Shown: positions 11,675 to 20,663 of the stretch, one piece after another
Layout: every line of letters begins with the position of its first letter
How positions within the stretch are numbered: the stretch's first letter is position 1
Origin: Fibrobacteria bacterium
GTDB lineage: Bacteria; Fibrobacterota; Fibrobacteria; UBA11236; JADFYW01
NCBI GenBank assembly: GCA_050294405.1
Contig: JBNKOC010000028.1
Location: 64,001 to 128,000 of the forward strand
Length of the DNA stretch: 64,000 bases
Direction: 5' to 3'
The notes under the pieces: model-generated
The model's input: only the letters and a program-made list of their open reading frames with translations
Database searches by the model: none
What the model was told of the DNA's origin: nothing
Translations under genes and position numbers: made by a program

Positions 11675-12793
11675 ATGAAGTTCGAATCAAAAAAAGCCAT
11701 CCTGCTTGACGCTCTGCAAACCGCCCATAGCGCGATTCCCAGTAAAACCACTTTGCAAATACTAAACAACTTTTTGTTTGTTTTAAAAGGCAATCAGCTG
11801 GAAATAACAGCCACAGATTTGGACCTATCCATTGTAATTGATGTGGAAGTGGAAGGCAGCAAAGACGGAAGTATTGTTGTGAACGCCAAAAAGTTTTTAG
11901 AAGTGATTCGCGAACTTCCTGACTTACCTGTTATCTGTGCAGTGGACGATTATGTGGTTACAATAAAGTCCGAAACAGGTTTCCAATGTAATATTGCTGG
12001 TTTTGATGCTAGCGAATATCCTGGCCTTCCCTCCAATGAAGAGGCAAGCTCATTTGAAATTTCTTCTGCGAACTTAAAAGAACTATTCGACAAATCCTCT
12101 TTTGCAGTTTCCACAGATTTTACCACCCGTATTTCTCTTACTGGAGTTTACTGGCAGGGTAAAGACAACAACATTTTAATGGTGGGAACCGATGGGCACC
12201 GCTTGGGAAAAAGCTGGCTGGAAGGCCCCAATGCAGGTATAGAAAAAGGAATTATCTTACCGCCTCGCTCTGTAAATCAGGTCCTTAAAACCTCCACAGG
12301 CAGCGATACCCCCATTCAAGTAGAGGTTGGGGAAGCCAGCGTAAAATTTCAATCCGGTTCCATAACCATATACTCCAAACTAATTGAAGGTCCCTACCCC
12401 GATTATGAAAAGGTGGTTCCCAAAGAACTTTCAAAGGTAATGAAAGTAAATCGAGAAGAGTTGATATCTGTTTTGAGAAGGGTGGCTACCATGGCCCACT
12501 CAAAAACTAAGCAGGTTAAATTCAGCCTCTCTCAGGGTTCTTTATTACTTTCCGCAAAAAACCAGGATATTGGTGGAGACTCTGAAGAAGCTTTAGCCGC
12601 CGAATACGACGGTAAAGAAATAGCTATTGGTTTTAATGCTTCTTATGTTTTGGAAGTGCTTCGGCTCATTGAATCTGATGAAATTTTCATCAAATTTAAT
12701 TCCAATTTAGGGGCAACGCTTTTTGAGCCAGCTTCTGAAAATAGCCACTACTTTTTTATCGTAATGCCCCTTCGTCTTTTAGACGACGAATAA
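11675..12793 (+). CDS. dnaN: DNA polymerase III beta sliding clamp
   Basis: ATDLDL, GTDGHRL, SKLIEGPYPDYEKVVP, IGFNASY, IVMPLRL. Confidence 0.98.
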   Translation: MKFESKKAILLDALQTAHSAIPSKTTLQILNNFLFVLKGNQLEITATDLDLSIVIDVEVEGSKDGSIVVNAKKFLEVIRELPDLPVICAVDDYVVTIKSETGFQCNIAGFDASEYPGLPSNEEASSFEISSANLKELFDKSSFAVSTDFTTRISLTGVYWQGKDNNILMVGTDGHRLGKSWLEGPNAGIEKGIILPPRSVNQVLKTSTGSDTPIQVEVGEASVKFQSGSITIYSKLIEGPYPDYEKVVPKELSKVMKVNREELISVLRRVATMAHSKTKQVKFSLSQGSLLLSAKNQDIGGDSEEALAAEYDGKEIAIGFNASYVLEVLRLIESDEIFIKFNSNLGATLFEPASENSHYFFIVMPLRLLDDE

Positions 12794-12849
12794 GACCTAA
12801 AACCGTATAAATCTTGCTTTTACAACAAGGGCTGTACTAATATGAGAGT

Positions 12850-14067
12850 ATGGCCCAGCCACTTTTCTTTTCTGGCATTTTAGCCTTTTTGGCCGCAATT
12901 CCTATTTTTTCAGAAAAACTTCCCGAGGCTCCAATGGGTCCTTTGGCCATTGGCTCTCAAGGTTCTGGGGCCAGTGAAGGAGCTGGATTATTTTCTCTTT
13001 TTTCTAATCCTGCGGGAGCCCATGTTTACCAAGGTCAGGAAATGGCTGTTGGGATTAGTGATTTAAACACAGGGCTATTCCCTTTTGTTTCTTATGGGAA
13101 TAAATCCTCTCGGCTAATTAGCTATTCCCTTATGTATTATGGAAACCAAAGCATAAACCCCGATAGCACTTTGCAGGGGATTATGGCTAATGTAAGTTAT
13201 TATCCCAACACTTTTTTTAAAGCTGGGATTAATGTTTACAGCCAATCCCTAAATGGAAAATTTGCATCGGATATGGCCGCAGGCCTGCAATACTTTCCCA
13301 ATAAACGGTGGAAAATGGGAATATACGCGGCCAACTTAAGCGAATCAAAATTCGGATCCCAAAAAAGCGCGGCTTATTTTCCAAGACTTTTATCTGCGGG
13401 GTTTGGATACCAACCATTTGCATTTTCTCAAATACATTTGGATGTGTTATCTCCCAACGGAGATGTGGAAGAATGGTTTCCTGTGGCTTCTCTGGGCATT
13501 ATTTTTGGCAGAATTAATCAAATTAGAGTTCAGCCTGCTTTAAGGGGAGATTTTGAAAACCACGAAAATTTATTGGCTTCCCTAAGGGTAGAATTAAATT
13601 CCAACGTTGAAAAAAACAGACTGGGTTTTGCCTATGCCATTTCTGGCCTTGGAATTTATGAAAATTCGACGAATGTAAAACAGTCAGTGGCTATTAAATT
13701 CCAGATTGGTCTTAATGTGGATAAAGAAAATCCCATTTGCTCTGCTGAGGAAAAAAAGGGAAGCATTTCTTTGCTAGCTGGAAGCGAAAACAAAGAAGCT
13801 ATTTTTCATTTATCAGCTTATGATGAACAAAGCCCGCTAAAAAATTGGCAGTTTGTAATTTGCAATCAGGGAAAGGAAGGAGAGCCCGATAAAATGATAA
13901 AATCTTTTTCGGGCAGAGGGCTTCCCCCAAAGTTTTTAATGTGGGACGGTAGAAACAGTTCCAAGGAACTGGTGAGTCCGGGTTACTATTATTATCGCCT
14001 AGTAGTCCAGGATGCCGCAGGCAATGCAGGCCATTCGGCCTGGCAGCTACTGGAAGTAAAAAATTAA
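12850..14067 (+). CDS. Exported protein: PorV/PorQ-like beta-barrel N-terminus plus C-terminal FlgD-type Ig domain
   Basis: Signal peptide; MGPLAIGSQG....G...LFSNPAG resembles the PorV/PorQ N-terminal motif; amphipathic beta strands; WDGRN...LVSPGYYYYRL...DAAGN. Confidence 0.6.
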   Translation: MAQPLFFSGILAFLAAIPIFSEKLPEAPMGPLAIGSQGSGASEGAGLFSLFSNPAGAHVYQGQEMAVGISDLNTGLFPFVSYGNKSSRLISYSLMYYGNQSINPDSTLQGIMANVSYYPNTFFKAGINVYSQSLNGKFASDMAAGLQYFPNKRWKMGIYAANLSESKFGSQKSAAYFPRLLSAGFGYQPFAFSQIHLDVLSPNGDVEEWFPVASLGIIFGRINQIRVQPALRGDFENHENLLASLRVELNSNVEKNRLGFAYAISGLGIYENSTNVKQSVAIKFQIGLNVDKENPICSAEEKKGSISLLAGSENKEAIFHLSAYDEQSPLKNWQFVICNQGKEGEPDKMIKSFSGRGLPPKFLMWDGRNSSKELVSPGYYYYRLVVQDAAGNAGHSAWQLLEVKN

Positions 14068-16286
14068 AACTTAAAGATTAAACCGAAACGGCGCTGGCCG
14101 TCGCGAATCCCTTCGGACAGGGTTTTAATAAAAGTGGCGTCCACTTGAAGGATGTCCGATAAAGAAAATCCCAATCCAAAATCCAATTCGTTTCGTTGCC
14201 CCGCTTCATCGTAAAGCCATCCCATTCTAAAAGCTACCACGTTAGCAAAGGTGTATTCCATCCCCTGGTTAAAAACGGTTTTTTCGATATTTTTTTGCCA
14301 TACTTCGGGAATGGTGTGATCTTTGTCGGCATCTCCAAAGGGATATACCAAGTCTTTCCAGGCACCAATGTATACAGGAGTGGCGCCACGCCTGTCGGTT
14401 TCATAATACACAGCTTCCCGGTTGGCGTCTTGAGCGATAATCAAACGGTGATTAGGAGTGGAAAACAACTCGTAAGACCAACCAAATTTCCAGGTAAAAG
14501 GAATGGGGTCGGATTGGTCTTGATCCACATAAAAAACCGCAGGCCCGATGTTTTGCATTACAAAGCCCAAATTAAGGCCCTTTAACATAACATCACGCCA
14601 CAACAAACCCATATCCACAGCATAAGAAGCGGCAACTCCGTCCTGGTTTTCGCCAGGAGCAGAAACACCAGGGGCCAGCGCAGAGTAAATGAATTTTACA
14701 TTTAGTCCCAATGCGGTATTTTTTTTGAGTTTAGTGCCATAAGAAAGCCCGGCCACCAATTCCGAAGAGTTAAAGGTTTTGTCCGTTTGGCCTTCTTCGT
14801 TAGTAAGAGGAATTTCGCCAAAGGATATGTAATTCACAAATCCGCCCACAGTACCCCATTCTTGAAGGGGAAAAGAGGTTCCCAAATAGGCGTGAAAAAG
14901 ATCTTCAATTTTTAAGGCGGGAAGCAAGGATTCATAAAAAAGACCCACCTGGGACTTTGCAGAGTTGTAGCGTTCCACACCCGCTTCAGTGACAAACCAA
15001 ACATCATCCCCTTGAGTTTCAATAACCATATCGTTGTTATTGGTTAAGGAGTTTCCGGTGTGGTAATGGAACCAGTCGCCTTTTTTTGCGTTGGGATCCT
15101 CAGGATTTTTCTTGCTTTTTTTACGGCCTTTGGCGTGGGCGTAATAAGGGGTGTGTTTCCAAACTCCTTTGTCGGTTCCAATCCAAATACTTCCGTCATC
15201 ATCTAAATCCAGGCTGCGCACCTGTTGTTTGTTAAAAGTAATACGTTGCCAATCAATTAATGAATAGTGGGATATTCCACCTGGGTGGCCCACCCACAAA
15301 TGGCTTTCTTTATCTAAAATAATGTTGGTAACATTGCTATCCAATAAACCATCTTCCACACTGAACAGCTTCCATTTGGCAGGCAAACCCTTTCCTTTGG
15401 AAGGTGTGTAACGGGCAATACCTCTGTCTTTGACGGCCACATACAATTCGCTGTTATTTGGATAAGTGGCCAGGGATGTTACGTGTTGCGAAGGTAGTTG
15501 GTTTTTTCCCCTTCTCACAAATTTGGTTTGCCGATAGCGATACAACCCGTTTTTGGTACCTATCCACACTTCGCTCCCCTTTAAGGCAAGAGCGGTAATA
15601 TGTCTGGTTAAATGGCTGTCTGGACCTTTGAAAGCATCGTCTGTGGCAAAATTTTTCCACTTGGCCCCATCGAATCGGTAGAGCCCAATGGGAGTTCCCA
15701 CCCAGACCCGTTGGGTTTTATCCACTACCAGGGTAGTGATTTCCACTCCACGGAAAAGCAGGTTGTAAGGCAATTTTAAGGAGATTAAATCTTCTTCATC
15801 TTCCTGGCTTTGGATGTCATTGTATTCTTTAACATATCTGACCAGGGAATCTAAATCGTCTTCGGTGCCAATATAATCCCTTACCACCTTATTCACATTG
15901 TCTTCTTGCTCCATTACATATTCGTGGTATTCTTTCCAAACTTTTCCATTGTATCTCACAAGACCATCTTTGGTGCCGGACCAAATAGAAGATTTAGACA
16001 AAAAGCCTTTTTTCTCGATGGAGCCCAAAGTGGTAAAATTGTATTTGATAATGTCTTTATCTTTTCCGGGAAGGGCCAACTCCCATTCGTCGGCCAAGGG
16101 GCCAAAAGCAAGGCCTGCCGGATTCCAAAAAGTGGCGTAAACATCATCAGCCAGGGCAACGGCGGTTTCCCCCATACCCAATTGCCTTGCCCCAACGGGC
16201 ATTACAAGCGTAATTACAGCTTGGGGGAAGATAGAACTCAATAAACCAAGTACCAGAAAACCGGTAATAAAACTTTTATAACTCAA
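14064..16286 (-). CDS. PorV/PorQ-family outer-membrane barrel with inserted beta-propeller (two-component-regulator propeller repeats)
   Basis: PVGARQLGMGETAVALADDVYATFWNPAGLAF; repeated WVGT..GL/WIGT..G blades; barrel C-terminus ending LIFKF; TTG 16286 with GGAG SD, overlapping the upstream gene stop. Confidence 0.8.
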   Translation of the reverse strand: MSYKSFITGFLVLGLLSSIFPQAVITLVMPVGARQLGMGETAVALADDVYATFWNPAGLAFGPLADEWELALPGKDKDIIKYNFTTLGSIEKKGFLSKSSIWSGTKDGLVRYNGKVWKEYHEYVMEQEDNVNKVVRDYIGTEDDLDSLVRYVKEYNDIQSQEDEEDLISLKLPYNLLFRGVEITTLVVDKTQRVWVGTPIGLYRFDGAKWKNFATDDAFKGPDSHLTRHITALALKGSEVWIGTKNGLYRYRQTKFVRRGKNQLPSQHVTSLATYPNNSELYVAVKDRGIARYTPSKGKGLPAKWKLFSVEDGLLDSNVTNIILDKESHLWVGHPGGISHYSLIDWQRITFNKQQVRSLDLDDDGSIWIGTDKGVWKHTPYYAHAKGRKKSKKNPEDPNAKKGDWFHYHTGNSLTNNNDMVIETQGDDVWFVTEAGVERYNSAKSQVGLFYESLLPALKIEDLFHAYLGTSFPLQEWGTVGGFVNYISFGEIPLTNEEGQTDKTFNSSELVAGLSYGTKLKKNTALGLNVKFIYSALAPGVSAPGENQDGVAASYAVDMGLLWRDVMLKGLNLGFVMQNIGPAVFYVDQDQSDPIPFTWKFGWSYELFSTPNHRLIIAQDANREAVYYETDRRGATPVYIGAWKDLVYPFGDADKDHTIPEVWQKNIEKTVFNQGMEYTFANVVAFRMGWLYDEAGQRNELDFGLGFSLSDILQVDATFIKTLSEGIRDGQRRFGLIFKF

Positions 16287-16836
16287 CGACAGTGCTCCAT
16301 TTTGGTGTGATATATTTTCCATTAACTGGGAGCATGGGAGCCCAGCCTGTGCCATCAAGGTTAGTATTCCAGGCAAATTTTGGAATCAACTTGATGCGGC
16401 TTCCCAAGTAAAATGGGGGAATGAGCTGGGGGTAGTTTTGCAATTGCTCTCTGGTAACATAGCTGTTATCGCTAATGCCCACACACACATTTTTTTCCTG
16501 TTCAGGAATTTCGTAACAAAAGGTTTGCAGACCATCGGCATCGCCGTTTTCGATAACCTGAATACTGTCTTCCATGTGCTCGCGCCAGAGATTGAGATAG
16601 CTTTGGGCTTTGGATTTGTCGTCAATAACACCGCTGATTTTTTCCAGTGAGGGCGCTCTTTCTTCAAGGGCGCTGCGGGGTGATTGGCGAACCAATGAAT
16701 ACATTCCAGAAGTGTGGATGGTGGGAGCTGTTTCGTTTTTCAGCATTTTTTCCCGTTTTTGCAAAACCATGTAAATGGCTGCAGCCACCAGACTTACCAG
16801 CAAAAGAAATGTAAAGCCTAACAAAACGTACAGCAT
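16276..16836 (-). CDS. Hypothetical protein with N-terminal membrane anchor
   Basis: 186-aa ORF with hydrophobic N-terminus, translationally coupled to the PorV-like gene. Confidence 0.8.
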   Translation of the reverse strand: MLYVLLGFTFLLLVSLVAAAIYMVLQKREKMLKNETAPTIHTSGMYSLVRQSPRSALEERAPSLEKISGVIDDKSKAQSYLNLWREHMEDSIQVIENGDADGLQTFCYEIPEQEKNVCVGISDNSYVTREQLQNYPQLIPPFYLGSRIKLIPKFAWNTNLDGTGWAPMLPVNGKYITPKWSTVVEL

Positions 16837-16903
16837 AAAAAATCCCAGTTATGGAGTTAGAAATATACGAATATCTGCCCTTAAAGACTTGTTTTGCCCG
16901 ATT

Positions 16904-18019
16904 TTAATTTAGGGAAAACTTTTGAACTGTTTCAATGTGAAAAGTTTGAGGGTAAAAGTCAAAAGCCTTAAAAGAATCCATTTTGTAGCCAGCGGCTAAA
17001 ATATCCCGGGAGTCGCGAGCCTGGGTAACGGGATTGCAACTTACATAAACGAGTTTTTTGGGTTTTGCCGCAAGCAATGCTTTTTTAGCAGATTGACTAA
17101 TTCCGTTTCGGGGAGGGTCCACCACCACCACATCGCATTCAGGCAACTGCTGGCCGCCAAAAAATTTTTCCACAGACAGAGGGAAAAATTCAGCCTGTTT
17201 ACCCTGGAGGTTTTTTTTGGCAAATTTTAGGGAATGGCTGTTTTCTTCAACTAAAATACAGCGCTTAAAATTGTCGGCTAAAAACAATGCGAATAGGCCC
17301 ACTCCGCTGTAAAGATCCACAGCTGTTTCCCCTTTTAAATCCTGTAACGCATGTTGTATAAATGTTTCCAGAAGGCTGAGGTTGCTTTGAAAAAAACAAC
17401 GGTTGTCGAACTCAATGCTTTTACCCAAAAGTTTAAGTTTTACTATTTCATGGCCAGTACTGAGCTGTCCGGTGGTTGTGCTAAACAAATGGACTTTTGA
17501 AGATTTACCGGAGGTAATGGAACTTGGTTTTTCCTTGAGCAAATTGTTTATGGCGGGGGCCAGCACAGCGCAATGTTCAACCTCGATTATATCTATAGTT
17601 TTGCGGCGCATAAAGCCCAGTTTTTTTTCCTTAGCATTAACCTGCAATTGGGCTCGGTTGCGATATCCCCAGGGAGAGCTTTGCACAATTTCGAAATCAG
17701 GGAGTTCCAGTTTTCCGGTTCTGGAAAAAGCGTCTTTTATAATTTGCTTTTTTAATTGGAGTTGTTCCCCATATTCGATATGTTGCCAATGGCAGCCACC
17801 GCAATCATTATAGATGGGGCAAGGGGGTTTTACCCGCGCGGGAGAGCTTTTTAAAATTTTTAACGGGAGAGCCCGAAGATATTGCTTTTTATCTTCGGTG
17901 ATTTCGACTTCGATGACTTCAGCTGGTAGAACAGAAGGCACAAGTACAACTTGTCCCTCGTGCCGAGCTAAACCATCTCCCCCAGGTACGAGCTTTTCGA
18001 TGGTTAGGCAAAGACTCAA
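16904..18019 (-). CDS. rlmD: 23S rRNA (uracil-5)-methyltransferase, RlmD/TrmA family
   Basis: TRAM domain, CPIYNDCGGC Fe-S motif, FFQSN, DLYSGVG, VDPPRNG, YVSCNP, DFYPQTFHIE. Confidence 0.92.
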   Translation of the reverse strand: MSLCLTIEKLVPGGDGLARHEGQVVLVPSVLPAEVIEVEITEDKKQYLRALPLKILKSSPARVKPPCPIYNDCGGCHWQHIEYGEQLQLKKQIIKDAFSRTGKLELPDFEIVQSSPWGYRNRAQLQVNAKEKKLGFMRRKTIDIIEVEHCAVLAPAINNLLKEKPSSITSGKSSKVHLFSTTTGQLSTGHEIVKLKLLGKSIEFDNRCFFQSNLSLLETFIQHALQDLKGETAVDLYSGVGLFALFLADNFKRCILVEENSHSLKFAKKNLQGKQAEFFPLSVEKFFGGQQLPECDVVVVDPPRNGISQSAKKALLAAKPKKLVYVSCNPVTQARDSRDILAAGYKMDSFKAFDFYPQTFHIETVQKFSLN

Positions 18020-18036
18020 GCTGGTGCAGTGAAAAA

Positions 18037-18543
18037 CTATTTTGTGGGTGCAAACTTTTCAGCCATTTCGCTGAACATTTTGCTAATCATGGAACGGCTG
18101 AGTTTAATTTCTCTCAATATTCCAATATCCCGTTGGCTGTCCTGAGAAACTTTTTCAATTTCTGCGCGGAGGTTATCGCTCATGGAAGTGAGTTCATCTT
18201 CCAGGCGTTTGTTCAAGCTGTTAAGGGAATCACGGAAGTGGTTTTGCATTTTCTCCATTTGACCTTTAAGATCATTAACCTCTTTGCGATGCGCTTCGTC
18301 AATGGAACGCAAAGAAGCAGTAAAGCCATCATTTTGTTGTTGAATGATATGCTTTAAAATTTCCATTTGCTTGTTGCTTTGATTGCGGGCTTCTTTGAGT
18401 TTTAAATCCACATCGTGTTTCACCGCATCAATGGTTTCGGAGTTTTTTTTGATTTCAGTTCCGAAAAGAAGTTCTTTAACCTTTTCCAGGTTATTAATAT
18501 CTGCACCGGCTGTTTGGTCTTGCATAGCTTTCAAGTCTCCCAT
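18037..18543 (-). CDS. Hypothetical coiled-coil protein
   Basis: 168-aa ORF, AAGGA SD, heptad-rich helix, LEKVKELLFG motif. Confidence 0.8.
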   Translation of the reverse strand: MGDLKAMQDQTAGADINNLEKVKELLFGTEIKKNSETIDAVKHDVDLKLKEARNQSNKQMEILKHIIQQQNDGFTASLRSIDEAHRKEVNDLKGQMEKMQNHFRDSLNSLNKRLEDELTSMSDNLRAEIEKVSQDSQRDIGILREIKLSRSMISKMFSEMAEKFAPTK

Positions 18544-18713
18544 TTTCCTTTGTTATTTACTTTACCTGAGGGAAAAAATAATTTAGTAATTCCCGAACTT
18601 TTTTGAAGAATTCTTCAAAAAATTATAGCCTAGTTGGAGTATTTCCACATAATTTGGGTAAAAATAAGCCTCCCAAAAAACTAAATTTCACAAAAAGTTA
18701 AATATTTTCGAAA

Positions 18714-19265
18714 TCAAAAGCGGGAAGTGTCTGCAAGAGCGGCCTGCAATTCGTAAATGGTTTCGTTGTCGTTAAAACCCTTTATGCGAATAAAATTGCC
18801 CTTGCTATTAATAAGCATAATCACTGGAACGCTGCCGGTGCCGTAATTATCGCTGATGTTTCTTTTTTTATCCACAAATACAGGAACATCCAGTTTTTGT
18901 TCGGTAATAAATTTGCCAATATCGCTTTCTCGATTATTACCTGAAGCCACTGCTAACATATCAAGACCTTTTTCTTTGTTTTCATTTTTGAACTTGATTA
19001 AAAAAGGAGCGGAATGTTTGCAATGGGGGCAAGTGGCGGAAAAATAAAACAGAATAAAATTTTTATTCTGATAACTGCTCAAATTTACCTTTGCATCGGT
19101 AAAAGGCTCCAATTCCAAGTCGTATTTAAAAACCGCAGGCTTTCCGTCTTTGTCCTTAATAAAATCGGGAGCAGTAATTTGAACGGGCCCTAAAAGTTTT
19201 TGGCTGTATCCCATCGATAAGGTTAATGCCAAGACAATCCACAATTTTGAAATAGAATTCAGCAT
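18714..19265 (-). CDS. Exported TlpA/ResA-like thioredoxin-fold thiol-disulfide oxidoreductase
   Basis: Signal peptide, FSATCPHC active site, YGTGSVP cis-Pro loop; AAGGAG SD before ATG 19265. Confidence 0.88.
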   Translation of the reverse strand: MLNSISKLWIVLALTLSMGYSQKLLGPVQITAPDFIKDKDGKPAVFKYDLELEPFTDAKVNLSSYQNKNFILFYFSATCPHCKHSAPFLIKFKNENKEKGLDMLAVASGNNRESDIGKFITEQKLDVPVFVDKKRNISDNYGTGSVPVIMLINSKGNFIRIKGFNDNETIYELQAALADTSRF

Positions 19266-19331
19266 ACAAATAATCTCCTTTTGCTGCGTTCCAAATATAA
19301 GCAAACTCACGAAATAATAAATTAGTCAATT

Positions 19332-20663
19332 TTAATTTAAATGACTTTTAGCCATTTTTGCCAGGCGATATTGGAGCGTTCTGCGGGAAATTCCCAAATA
19401 ATCGGCTGTTTTTTGGCGGTGGTGCTGGTTCAGTCTTAAGGCCTCTAATATTTTATCTTCGGTAAGAGTTTTTTGGACGCTATATGTTTGAATTTCGTTG
19501 GAATTGGAGTTTTGCCTATAATGTGAGCGTAAATGCAGGTTAAAAATATCCGATGGATTTTTTCCAATTTCCCGAAAAATTAAAAGTTTTTCACAAAAAT
19601 TCTTTAGTTCCCTGACATTTCCCGGCCAGGGGTAATTTGAAAATTCAAAAGGGAATTGTCCCAGAATTTCCGAAATTTTATCAGAGGGCAACTGCTTTTG
19701 TAAAAAATGCTGGAATAAAACCGCAATGTCCATAGGCCTTTCTCTAAGGGGTGGAATTGGGATTTTAATCACATGGATACGAAAATAAAGATCTTCACGG
19801 AATTGGCCCTGGTTTAACATTTCCTCCAGATTTTTATGGGTGGCGCAAATAAGTCGAAAATCAAATTCCACTTCTTTTTGCCCTCCCACAGGCATGGCTT
19901 TTTTTTCCTGCAAGGCTCTCAACAATTTTGTTTGCATAAAAAAAGGAAGGTCGCCAACTTCATCTAAAAACAAAGTTCCCCCTTCGGCGAGTTTTAACTT
20001 TCCGGGATTGTTGCTGTTAGCCCCGGTAAATGCGCCTTTGCTGTGGCCAAAAAATTCACTTTCAAAAAGGCTTTCCACAATGGCCCCGCAGTTTATGGCC
20101 ACAAAAGGGCTGGAATTTTTAAACCGCAAATGATGTATGTATTGAGCGATAACTTCCTTACCGCTTCCGCTTTCTCCGGCCAAATATATATTGCAATTTT
20201 TATGGGCCACAGCCTGGCATAGTTCCATAACTTGTTCCATGGGAGAACCGGGTGTGTAAACCAAATTATGGTTCATGGAAATCGAGCTGGTGGCAGATGG
20301 GCTTTTATTTAGCTTTTGCAAAATACTTTCAATATCTCTGGCGTGAATTGGTTTTTCCAAAAAATCCGAGGCCCCAAGTTTAATCGCATCTACAGCCCGG
20401 CTGATGCTGGCATATGCGGTCATCATAATGGTTGTGGGCAGTTTTATGTTATGTTCGCCGGCTAATTTTAACAAACTAATTCCGTATCCGTCAGGGAGTT
20501 GATAATCTATAAAAGCCAACTGGAATTCAAATTGGCTTAAATATTTAAAACCCTTGTTGATGTTAGTTGCCCATTGGCACACATAGCCTTTTTCCTCCAA
20601 AAGGCTTTTTAACTGCTGACCCTGGGAGATGTTATCCTCTACAATTAAGGCTTTATTTGGCAT
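19332..20663 (-). CDS. Sigma-54-dependent response regulator (REC-AAA-HTH, NtrC family)
   Basis: REC (IVEDN, DYQLPDG, MTAY, KP), GESGSGKE, GAFTGA, FLDEVGD, WPGNVREL, Fis-type HTH. Confidence 0.96.
   Translation of the reverse strand: MPNKALIVEDNISQGQQLKSLLEEKGYVCQWATNINKGFKYLSQFEFQLAFIDYQLPDGYGISLLKLAGEHNIKLPTTIMMTAYASISRAVDAIKLGASDFLEKPIHARDIESILQKLNKSPSATSSISMNHNLVYTPGSPMEQVMELCQAVAHKNCNIYLAGESGSGKEVIAQYIHHLRFKNSSPFVAINCGAIVESLFESEFFGHSKGAFTGANSNNPGKLKLAEGGTLFLDEVGDLPFFMQTKLLRALQEKKAMPVGGQKEVEFDFRLICATHKNLEEMLNQGQFREDLYFRIHVIKIPIPPLRERPMDIAVLFQHFLQKQLPSDKISEILGQFPFEFSNYPWPGNVRELKNFCEKLLIFREIGKNPSDIFNLHLRSHYRQNSNSNEIQTYSVQKTLTEDKILEALRLNQHHRQKTADYLGISRRTLQYRLAKMAKSHLN

Noticed and set aside
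16287..16376. Longer start for the PorV-like gene
   Set aside because: Overlaps the upstream gene by about 100 bp and displaces the signal peptide; TTG 16286 has an SD
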